This document shows, piece by piece, positions 7,577-15,430 of a stretch of 23,598 nt of DNA; the stretch's first letter is position 1, and each line of letters starts with the position of its first letter. The translations under genes and the position numbers were made by a program. The DNA lies in assembly GCA_964392445.1 (NCBI GenBank), contig CAYMPD010000018.1:1-23598 (forward strand). Direction: 5' to 3'. The DNA comes from an uncultured archaeon. GTDB lineage: Archaea; Aenigmatarchaeota; Aenigmatarchaeia; CG10238-14. Below the pieces are notes generated by a model. That model had not been told where the DNA came from, ran no database searches, and saw nothing but the letters and a program-made list of their open reading frames with translations.

Positions 7577-8608
7577 ATGAAAGAATTGGTTGAAATAACA
7601 AATGATTATGAGAAAGAATCAGAGAGTCTTGAGAACGAATTTAAAAATAAATTGAAACCGGATTTTACCGAAGATGATACCTTATTCTTACTAGCAACAT
7701 TTAGATTGGCTTCTCAGATACATAGGGAAGAGTCAAGAGAAACAGGGCGTTCTTATCTCAATCATCCTGTTGAGGTAGCAGGTTATCTAGCAGAAATTGG
7801 AATGGATTCTATAGCTATAGCTGGAGGACTCTTACATGATACTGTTGAGTCCTACAATGAAAGAAGTGGGATGACAACAGAAGAAGCACTAGAACATGTC
7901 AGGGAGGTCTATAAGACTAAACTAGAAAGACAGTCCCTTCCCAAATTTTATTTAGAATCTTACTTTCCAGATGTAATGAAATTAGTAGATGTACTTACTC
8001 GAAGAGAAGGAGAAATCTATTATGCTTCTATTGATAGAATACTAACCTTAGATCCTCTGAACAGGTCAAGGGCTTTGATTATAAAATCTGGTGGGGATAG
8101 AAGGTTTAACATTCAAGAAATGGAAGGGTTTTCAACTCAAAGGAAGCTCTACTCATTATTTAAAAATCTTTATATAGCACATGAGATTCAGAGACTCATG
8201 ATAGAAGAAAGAGGTAAAGGTTTACCTTTAGAAGATAAGTTAAGAAGCTCTTTTGAAGATCTAATAACCTTCTCTACTTTGGTTTTACTAGGAATTAGAG
8301 GTAATATAGCGGACGAATATGCCCGAGATACAAAAAAAGGTTTGAAATTGATTGAAATTAGAGACGAATTTAGAAATTACAGAGAACGTGGTGGGTTCAC
8401 TAAAATAACACCAAGTTCTGCGGGTAGTATTTTCGATGGTATGGTAAAGAAATACGATAGAATTATAAGAAAAGAAATGAATTATGAGGATTTGAAACAA
8501 GTCTATTGGGAAGTTTATGCGGATGGTTTGGGTTTAGATATCCTATTTACCAATTTACGAGACGATCTTAATTATTTAATAAGTGGGTTTGAATGGGAGA
8601 AATTATAA
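7577..8608 (+). CDS. HD-domain protein of the RelA/SpoT hydrolase (Mesh1/HD_4)-like type with C-terminal extension
   Basis: ASQIH..ESRETGRSYLNHPVEVA..LAEIGMD..AIAGGLLHDTVES matches AH..Q.RKSGEPY..HP..VA..L...D...AALLHD..ED; later LVDVLTR and IIKSGGDRRFNI. Confidence 0.8.
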   Translation: MKELVEITNDYEKESESLENEFKNKLKPDFTEDDTLFLLATFRLASQIHREESRETGRSYLNHPVEVAGYLAEIGMDSIAIAGGLLHDTVESYNERSGMTTEEALEHVREVYKTKLERQSLPKFYLESYFPDVMKLVDVLTRREGEIYYASIDRILTLDPLNRSRALIIKSGGDRRFNIQEMEGFSTQRKLYSLFKNLYIAHEIQRLMIEERGKGLPLEDKLRSSFEDLITFSTLVLLGIRGNIADEYARDTKKGLKLIEIRDEFRNYRERGGFTKITPSSAGSIFDGMVKKYDRIIRKEMNYEDLKQVYWEVYADGLGLDILFTNLRDDLNYLISGFEWEKL

Positions 8609-8701
8609 TTTCCTAAAAACATGTAAGTTCAAATTAATTTTAATTAGAAAAAGCGAGGGTTTCAATCAATTAATTTTGATTCTAAGAGATTAAAACATTC
8701 A

Positions 8702-8959
8702 TCAATAAGGGTATCCATCTATTATATGTAGTTTTCTTGAAGGTTCTGTTAATTCTTCAACTATTAACCCGTCTTCATTCCCCGAGATTCGATAAATCGT
8801 AACAATATGGTCATGAGTTCCAATATAAGTTAATTCTCTTCTAGGTGTAAAAACCACAAGTCTTCCTTTAGATACAGGTACTAAATTATCTGTACTATCC
8901 ACTCCAAGTCCCTTTAATCTAACTTTATCTCGATCAAAATCACATGTATTATAAACCAT
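8702..8959 (-). CDS. Hypothetical protein (orphan)
   Basis: 85 codons, GTGAGGGT before the ATG, TATTTATAC box upstream on the minus strand. Confidence 0.6.
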   Translation of the reverse strand: MVYNTCDFDRDKVRLKGLGVDSTDNLVPVSKGRLVVFTPRRELTYIGTHDHIVTIYRISGNEDGLIVEELTEPSRKLHIIDGYPY

Positions 8960-9000
8960 ACCCTCACTTCTTAGTCATAAATGTATAAATAGTTTTCTTT

Positions 9001-9032
9001 TTCAACAAAATCTCCCTTTTTGCCAATCATTA
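9001..9032 (-). repeat. Degenerate copy of the GTPase gene 3' end (pairs with 9743-9775)
   Basis: 28/33 identity with one gap by hand alignment; the minus strand reads ..ITNDWQKG.. versus ..IINDWQKG.. in the GTPase. Confidence 0.75.
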
Positions 9033-9126
9033 GTGATTTGAATTATATTGCTTTGATTTCTATATATGATATCAAGTCGATAGAATTCCCTTATAAATAC
9101 TTTCAACCAGGATTACTGATTACAGT

Positions 9127-9471
9127 ATGTCGAATCTAGATTGGGAATCCGATTATAGAATAAAATCTAGAGTCAAAACTGTAGCTCTGGGTTATGTTGA
9201 TATTTCTAGACATATTAAAGGTTTATTGAAAGTTACCCAACAGGATCCTTATCTACTCGCTTTAACTCGTTATGCTGTGTATAAGGGATTAGAAAAACAT
9301 ATTAGTATATTGAAAAATAAAGAGGAGATTAGAGAATTCGAAAGAGTTAGAAAAGAATGGGAAGATGACGAATCCATGGAAATTTCTGAACTAACAATTC
9401 CCGTGAGTCCCTCAGTATTATCAGAAGAAGATAGAAGAAAAATAGAGGATATCAGTAATTATAAGTTTTAA
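9127..9471 (+). CDS. Hypothetical protein (orphan)
   Basis: 114 codons, TTATAAATA box at 9091-9099. Confidence 0.6.
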   Translation: MSNLDWESDYRIKSRVKTVALGYVDISRHIKGLLKVTQQDPYLLALTRYAVYKGLEKHISILKNKEEIREFERVRKEWEDDESMEISELTIPVSPSVLSEEDRRKIEDISNYKF

Positions 9472-9476
9472 TATTT

Positions 9477-9665
9477 TCAGACTGAGAACTTATGTCCACA
9501 ATCATCACATTGATATAAATCTCTACCTCTTCCTGTTAGTCCAACATAATTAAGACGAGTACAACCACAAACACATTTGTGCCTAGAGCGACCTCTACCT
9601 ACTTCAAAAGGACAACCATAAGGCGATTTCTTATTAACTTGCTTTATTCGAGTTTCTCTATCCAT
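9477..9665 (-). CDS. Small zinc-ribbon protein
   Basis: CVCGC ... YQCDDCGHKF cysteine pairs. Confidence 0.65.
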   Translation of the reverse strand: MDRETRIKQVNKKSPYGCPFEVGRGRSRHKCVCGCTRLNYVGLTGRGRDLYQCDDCGHKFSV

Positions 9666-9735
9666 AATATCTTAATTATTTATTTTACTATATATAATTT
9701 TCTATATTTTACTATATAATAGTAGTTACATAAAT

Positions 9736-10533
9736 TCAACCCTTCAACAACAAGTCCCCTTTCTGCCAATCATTAATAATAGTCAAATAAACACGTCTTT
9801 TATCAATCTTTCCACCCTTCTTAAACATATGTCTAACTTGACCTACCTCCCTGACAATCCCTTGAAAAGTTTTTTCGCCGATCTCAATTCCATACTTCTC
9901 CTCGAAAGCTTCCTTGTTTTGCTCAAGAAATATTCCAACTATCCTTTTCGCAACCATCATTGGATCCTGAATCTTTGAAATATCAAGAGCTCCCATCAAT
10001 GCCTGCCTAATCTCATCTTTTTCTCTTAAAGGTATAACTCCAGGGGTGTCTAACAAACGTATATTAGGTTCTGCATTAATCCACTGAATACCTCGTGTAA
10101 ACCCAGGCTTTGCAGCAACTCTTGCCTTTTTTTGACCGGCTATAGCATTAATCAGTGAGGACTTACCTGTGTTAGGATAACCAATAACACCTACCCGAAT
10201 TCGTCTTTTTCGCCTGGATCTTGATTTAGTTCTTTTTTTACCGAGTTCAAGTATTTTTTTCTTAAGATAGGTTATTCTTCGCCGGTTTCTGGTTGATACA
10301 AAAATACACGTCGCTTTCCCTCTCAAAGTTTTCCGGTATTTTTTTTCGGCCTGGGGTTCTATTAAATCCTGTTTGTTGGCGACTATTATCAAAGGTTTCC
10401 GAGCCATTTTAACCATTCTTTCCGCTTTTCTGTTCCTTGTCTCTCTCGGCATTCTTGCGTCTATTACTTCTATAACTACATCCGACTGTTGAATGACGTC
10501 TCTAACTATATCCCAAAAATCTCGCATTGACAT
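9736..10533 (-). CDS. Circularly permuted GTPase, RbgA/YlqF family (ribosome biogenesis)
   Basis: G4 NKQD precedes G1 GYPNTGKSS, G2 PGFTRG and G3 DTPG; N-terminal EVIDARMP. Confidence 0.92.
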   Translation of the reverse strand: MSMRDFWDIVRDVIQQSDVVIEVIDARMPRETRNRKAERMVKMARKPLIIVANKQDLIEPQAEKKYRKTLRGKATCIFVSTRNRRRITYLKKKILELGKKRTKSRSRRKRRIRVGVIGYPNTGKSSLINAIAGQKKARVAAKPGFTRGIQWINAEPNIRLLDTPGVIPLREKDEIRQALMGALDISKIQDPMMVAKRIVGIFLEQNKEAFEEKYGIEIGEKTFQGIVREVGQVRHMFKKGGKIDKRRVYLTIINDWQKGDLLLKG

Positions 10534-10647
10534 AAGAAATCATTGGGAATAAGGAATAAAAAGGTTAACCTAAGTGAATAAATTAAAAATAAAAGTAAAA
10601 ACTCCTTCCAACTATTCTAGTACTTGTAAGCGACTAAAAATCTTACC

Positions 10648-10839
10648 TTAAACTAACTTAACATTCTCTGCTTGTGGGCCTTTAGGTGATTCCTTTACAT
10701 CGAATTCAACCTCTTGACCTTCGCTTAGTTCCATGCCAAAATCTAAAGCTGAATGATGAACAAAAACGTCATCTCCTTCTTCAGGTTCTATAAAACCATA
10801 GCCTTTCATTCGACTGAACCACTTGACTTTTCCTTTCAA
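10648..10839 (-). CDS. csp: Cold-shock protein (CspA family, bacterial-type CSD)
   Basis: KGKVKWF...KGYGFI (RNP1), DVFVHHSAL (RNP2), GPQAENV; TTG start after SD GGAGGTG. Confidence 0.95.
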   Translation of the reverse strand: MKGKVKWFSRMKGYGFIEPEEGDDVFVHHSALDFGMELSEGQEVEFDVKESPKGPQAENVKLV

Positions 10840-11035
10840 ACTAACACCTCCGATAATTTTTACTGAACCATAAATTGTTAAAATCTGACAACTTCAAACC
10901 AACTCCTTTTTTTCTTGAACTCATAAAATCGATAGAATTAGTGCTTTTTGACCAAAACTACTTTTTCACCACTTCATACTTTACTCCTAATAGGATGTAG
11001 GGACAGGTATTTAAGGCTTTTGGTTGAGGAATTTA

Positions 11036-11129
11036 TGGGCCCGGAGGGATTTGAACCCTCGACCTTCAGGTTAGAAGCCTGCAGCTATAGACTCCTGGAA
11101 AGGATCTATCCAAGCTGAGCTACGGACCC
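11036..11129 (-). tRNA. tRNA-Arg(TCT) with a 19-nt intron at 11087-11105 (position 22/23); CCA not encoded
   Basis: Acceptor GGGUCCG/CGGGCCC, anticodon loop CUUCUAA, T arm GAGGG-UUCAAAU-CCCUC. Removing 19 nt restores the D-stem GCUC/GAGC and a 75-nt tRNA. Confidence 0.92.
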
Positions 11130-11494
11130 TAAATCTTCTCAACAATAATTAGTTTAGATTTTTATAGTATTTAGTCTTTTACGGTTTATCATATGTGAGA
11201 AAATATGTTTAAGAAAAAAATGCAAATATGAGGCACTAACATGTTAAAAATACATTTAATAATTATGTATTTAGGTTCCGTAAACATACCCGACAGAAAA
11301 TCAGTTATCTTTGAGATTAAATTTACGAAGAAGAGGTATAATTTGCTATCCATTACCAAACGGATTTTCATTTTTCCTCACTTTGTAATTAATTTTTCTG
11401 TTTCCCAGTATATAAAACTTACTGGAACTCTATTTCTTGGGGATTAAGGATTTAAATATCTTTGTTCAACTTATATATTAAGTTTACGGGTGTG

Positions 11495-13981
11495 ATGGTT
11501 ATTGCTCCGGTTATTAAATATCACAAAAAAATCGAGGAAAAATGGAAGAAGAAGTGGTTAGAGAAAGGAGTCTTCGAGACTAAAGATGATAAGTCCTTAG
11601 AGAAGTATTATGTACTTGAAATGTTTCCTTATCCCTCTGGTGTTGCTGCACATGTCGGACATGCCAGGAATTATGTTATAGGGGATACTTTTGCTAGATT
11701 TATGAGAATGAACGATTTTAATGTCTTATATCCGATGGGGTGGGATTCTTTTGGCTTGCCTTCTGAGAATGCGGCTAAAAAGAAGGGTATTCATCCAATG
11801 GAGAGTGTTGCTGAGAATATTGAGACGATGAAAGACCAGTTCTATGCGTTATCCTTGAGTTATGATTGGACTAAGGAGGTTACTACATGTAATCCTGAGT
11901 ACTACAAATGGAATCAATGGTTGTTCTTGAAATTGTATGAGAAAGGATTGGCTTACAAAAAGAAAGCTCCTGGTAATTGGTGCCCTCACTGTAAAACTAC
12001 TTTAGCAAACGAAGATGTCAAGGATGGTAAGTGCTGGAGATGCGATACACAAGTTGTTCAAAAAGATATAGAACAGTGGTTTTTCAAGATTACTGATTAT
12101 GCTGATAGACTACTTGAAGGGTTGGAAAAGATTGATTGGTCTGAAAAATTGAAATCTATGCAAAGGAATTGGATCGGAAAGAGTTATGGTTTAAACCTAT
12201 TTTTCAGAGTTAAAGGAACTCAAGAAAAGGTCACCTGTTTCACAACAAGACCTGATACTTACTTTGGGATAACATTCATGGTACTTGCCCCTGAGCATCC
12301 CTTAGTCGATAAACTGGTTGAAGGAACGGAATATGAAGAAGTAGTGAAAGATTTCAAAGAAGAAACAAGAAGAATGACTGAACTGGAGAGAATATCGGAA
12401 GAGAAGGAAAAGAAAGGTGTATTTACGGGAAGATATCTAATTAATCCGATCACAAAAGAAGAAATTCCAATTTGGATTGCTAATTATGTGATAATGTCTT
12501 ATGGAACTGGAGTTGTAATGGGAGTTCCTGCCCAGGATCAAAGAGACTTTGAATTTGCTAAGAAGTATGATTTGAGATTAAAAAATGTGATTAATCCACC
12601 TGGAGAAGAATTAGAAGAGGAAGAAATGGAGAAGGCTTATACTGATCCTGGTCTGATAACCAACTCTGGCCAGTTCAACGGTATGGGTAGTGAAGAAGCT
12701 AAAGAAAAAATGTCTGAATTCTTTATTAAAAAAGGTGTTGCTGAGAAAGCAGTTAATTACAAAATTCGTGATTGGTGTATTTCTAGACAAAGATACTGGG
12801 GAACTCCTATACCTGTGGTTTACTGTGGGAAATGTGGGATACTGCCTCTATCAGAAGAGGATTTACCACTGAAATTACCTTTGGATGTTGACTTTAAGAA
12901 AAAAGTTATTTCACCTTTACAAACAAACGAAGATTTTGTTAAAACTAATTGTCCTAAATGCGGCGGCCCTGCTAAAAGGGAAACAGATACTATGACTACT
13001 TTCGTCGACAGTGCTTGGTATTTTCTGAGATATCCTGATCCCAATAATGAGGAAGAAATTTTTGACAAGAATATCGTTAATTACTGGTTACCGGTTGATC
13101 AGTACATTGGCGGGACTGAACATGCGGTTGGACATTTGATGTACTCCAGATTTATAACCAAATTCTTGCATGACATGGGACTATTACAATTCGACGAACC
13201 TTTTATGAGTTTGTTGAATCAGGGGATGGTTCTAAAGGACGGGGTAAAAATGTCCAAGTCAAAGGGGAACACAATTGACCCTCGAGAAATCATCGACAAG
13301 CATGGTGTGGATGTACTCCGAACTTATCTTATGTCAATGGCTGCTCCTGATAAAGATGTGGAATGGTCTGACAGGGATTTGAGAGGGGTTGAAAAGTTCT
13401 TGGAAAGGGTTATGTTGGTATTCGAACGGATGGGTAAGAAACATAAAAAACAAAAACACATTCAAAGTATCACTCAAAAAACAATCCAGAATGTTACCAA
13501 ATTCATGAGAAAACTTGAGCAGAATAAGGCCTTGTTGGAATTGATGAATTTGACTAATGAGTTGTTGAAATACCCTCACAAAGAATCTTACAAAACTTTA
13601 CTGGTGATGATGACTCCTTTTGCTCCACATACTTGCGAAGAATTATGGGAGATGTTGGGCGGAGAACCATTTATTTCTACAGAAAATTGGCCTGAACCGG
13701 ATGAGAGTTTGATCGACGAAAAAGCAGAGAAACAGGAAGAGTCTGTTAGAAATGCAATTAGAGACATCAATAATGTTATGGACTTGGTTGAAGAAGAACC
13801 GGAAAAAATTTACTTGTATGTGATACCACCCGAGTTAGAATATTACAAAGATTCCAAAGAAATGATTGAGAAAGATTTTAAACAAGAAGTAATTATTGAG
13901 ACTTCGGTTAATCCTGAGTATGATCCTGAAGATAAAGCTAAAAGAGCTAAATTTGGAAAACCTGGGATTTATGTGGAATAG
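11495..13981 (+). CDS. leuS: Leucyl-tRNA synthetase, bacterial-type core with archaeal-like C-terminal tail (track start 11462; ATG 11495 or GTG 11492 more likely)
   Basis: LEMFPYPSG..HVGH, PMGWDSFGLPSENAA, CP1 TTRPDT and VPAQDQRD, WCISRQRYWGTPIP, GGTEHA, KMSKS. Confidence 0.96.
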   Translation: MVIAPVIKYHKKIEEKWKKKWLEKGVFETKDDKSLEKYYVLEMFPYPSGVAAHVGHARNYVIGDTFARFMRMNDFNVLYPMGWDSFGLPSENAAKKKGIHPMESVAENIETMKDQFYALSLSYDWTKEVTTCNPEYYKWNQWLFLKLYEKGLAYKKKAPGNWCPHCKTTLANEDVKDGKCWRCDTQVVQKDIEQWFFKITDYADRLLEGLEKIDWSEKLKSMQRNWIGKSYGLNLFFRVKGTQEKVTCFTTRPDTYFGITFMVLAPEHPLVDKLVEGTEYEEVVKDFKEETRRMTELERISEEKEKKGVFTGRYLINPITKEEIPIWIANYVIMSYGTGVVMGVPAQDQRDFEFAKKYDLRLKNVINPPGEELEEEEMEKAYTDPGLITNSGQFNGMGSEEAKEKMSEFFIKKGVAEKAVNYKIRDWCISRQRYWGTPIPVVYCGKCGILPLSEEDLPLKLPLDVDFKKKVISPLQTNEDFVKTNCPKCGGPAKRETDTMTTFVDSAWYFLRYPDPNNEEEIFDKNIVNYWLPVDQYIGGTEHAVGHLMYSRFITKFLHDMGLLQFDEPFMSLLNQGMVLKDGVKMSKSKGNTIDPREIIDKHGVDVLRTYLMSMAAPDKDVEWSDRDLRGVEKFLERVMLVFERMGKKHKKQKHIQSITQKTIQNVTKFMRKLEQNKALLELMNLTNELLKYPHKESYKTLLVMMTPFAPHTCEELWEMLGGEPFISTENWPEPDESLIDEKAEKQEESVRNAIRDINNVMDLVEEEPEKIYLYVIPPELEYYKDSKEMIEKDFKQEVIIETSVNPEYDPEDKAKRAKFGKPGIYVE

Positions 13982-14245
13982 TCAAACCAATCTCATAATT
14001 TTACTCGAAAGAATTTCCATGTCACTGGAATTCACATCTCTAACAATTATCTCTCCCTTCTTGCTGATGGTTATCTTGGGTTTTCCTATCTTGATTATTG
14101 TTATGAAACTTGTGTCAGCGATTATTTCTCCGTCAAATTCTTCTAGGAGTTTTTTCACTAATTTTTCTCTCTCTACTTTGCACTTAGGAACTAGTTTGAA
14201 TGAATTGTCGGCTTTGCATGGTTTGAAGATAAAACACTTTTCCAT
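13982..14245 (-). CDS. Small hypothetical archaeal protein
   Basis: 87 codons; its stop abuts the leuS stop; alpha/beta pattern (ITISKKGEIIVRDV). Confidence 0.65.
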   Translation of the reverse strand: MEKCFIFKPCKADNSFKLVPKCKVEREKLVKKLLEEFDGEIIADTSFITIIKIGKPKITISKKGEIIVRDVNSSDMEILSSKIMRLV

Positions 14246-14296
14246 GGATTAGTTTTGGGTGTTGGAATATTTAGGTTTTTGTTGGAAAACCGAATT

Positions 14297-14509
14297 TTAT
14301 TTCTTGTATACTTTGACATGTGTTTCAGGGGTTAATCTATCCAACATAACTAAATCTCTTGTTTGAACATGAATTCCATACCCAACATTTCCAGCGTTAT
14401 AGAGAATTTTCTGATCAAGTAAAGGTTCCACCAATCTTTCAGCTGGTAAATAATAAACAGGTATTGAGAGACTTTCACAAAGTTCAATTACATCCCGAGC
14501 GGTGTGCAT
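14297..14509 (-). CDS. Hypothetical protein (orphan)
   Basis: 70 codons, TTATATAAA box about 25 nt upstream on the minus strand. Confidence 0.55.
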   Translation of the reverse strand: MHTARDVIELCESLSIPVYYLPAERLVEPLLDQKILYNAGNVGYGIHVQTRDLVMLDRLTPETHVKVYKK

Positions 14510-14581
14510 GACTTATTCTTGAGGGGTTATTTTATATAAGAATTTTTGTCCTGGAGTGAATATGTTATTCCAATTCAAAAT

Positions 14582-14734
14582 TTAACATAAAACTAATTTT
14601 CTATCTATTTCGTCTAATTGATCTGGTGTAAAATTATGTTTTTCCAATTTTTTAGCTTCCTTGAAAATCTGATCAAGAGTTATTCTCTCAGTTACCCTTG
14701 AAATTTCATTATTTTTCGAAATTGATAAATCCAA
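14582..14734 (-). CDS. 50-aa ORF MDLSISKNNEISRVTERITLDQIFKEAKKLEKHNFTPDQLDEIDRKLVLC (not in ORF track)
   Basis: TTG start after AGGTAGGTGG SD-like tract; amphipathic helical content; divergent from 14812. Confidence 0.5.
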   Translation of the reverse strand: MDLSISKNNEISRVTERITLDQIFKEAKKLEKHNFTPDQLDEIDRKLVLC

Positions 14735-14790
14735 AATTACCACCTACCTTATGAAGATAGTTTTAATATGAACAGATAACTATTTATACT

Positions 14791-14806
14791 TATATCAACT
14801 GATATA
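14791..14806. promoter_or_regulatory. 7-2-7 palindromic operator TATATCA-AC-TGATATA
   Basis: Perfect 7-bp arms between the TATA-like TTTATAC (14783-14789) and the ATG at 14812. Confidence 0.6.
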
Positions 14807-14811
14807 ATAAT

Positions 14812-15081
14812 ATGACACAATTACTAAGATATCCAAGGCTAGACACCGTACTTATGGTAGAGGAATTTATTAGAGAACATGATGGGGAGTTCAAAAAAAC
14901 AAATCTTTGGAAAAATCTCCCTAAAAAGGTTATGTACCAAACTTTTTGTGTAATAATAGATTATCTTTTGTATTCTGGAAAAATATCTGTGGATTCTGAG
15001 GGGAAAATAGGTTGGATTTATTACCCAGAAAGTGTAAGTAAACATTTAAAGAATAAGGAATTATTTTGGGGAGAAGAATGA
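14812..15081 (+). CDS. wHTH-like protein, candidate antitoxin/regulator
   Basis: YPRLDTVLMVEEFI...LWKNLPKKVMYQTF.VIIDYL..SGKI...GKIGWI fits a winged helix; stop overlaps the next ATG. Confidence 0.7.
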   Translation: MTQLLRYPRLDTVLMVEEFIREHDGEFKKTNLWKNLPKKVMYQTFCVIIDYLLYSGKISVDSEGKIGWIYYPESVSKHLKNKELFWGEE

Positions 15082-15413
15082 AACAACCATCTAAGGTCAA
15101 GTTCGCAGACAAAAATTTGTTAAAATCATTTAAAAAACTTGAAAATTCTAAAGGCGATGAAAAGAAATTGTACAAGTTTTTAATTAGAGCATTTAAAGAC
15201 ATTGAAAAGAATGCCTTCTGTGGAATACAGATTCCGAAAAAATTGATCCCGAAAAGTTATCTTAAAAAATATAATGTAAAAAATATCTGGAAATATAACC
15301 TTCCCAATGCCTGGAGACTATTATATTCTATAGAAGCAGATGAAATAATCGTGGTGTCAATAATTCTTGATTGGATGGATCATAAAGACTACGAAAGGAA
15401 ATTTAAATATTAA
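15078..15413 (+). CDS. RelE/YoeB-superfamily-like toxin candidate
   Basis: Small basic protein with a RelE-like layout (N-terminal strand VKFAD, helices, IWKYNLPNAWRLLYSI, terminal MDHKDYE); ATGA coupling at 15078-15081. Confidence 0.7.
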   Translation: MKQPSKVKFADKNLLKSFKKLENSKGDEKKLYKFLIRAFKDIEKNAFCGIQIPKKLIPKSYLKKYNVKNIWKYNLPNAWRLLYSIEADEIIVVSIILDWMDHKDYERKFKY

Positions 15414-15430
15414 CTTTATCATGATGAAGT

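Noticed and set aside
9067-9082. TATC-AAGTC-GATA palindrome resembling the 14791 operator
   Set aside because: Only 4-bp arms with different spacing, in AT-rich DNA.
11189-11447. Two overlapping 60-68 aa ORFs between tRNA-Arg and leuS
   Set aside because: AT-rich, mutually overlapping, with no SD or motif; probably non-coding or decayed sequence.
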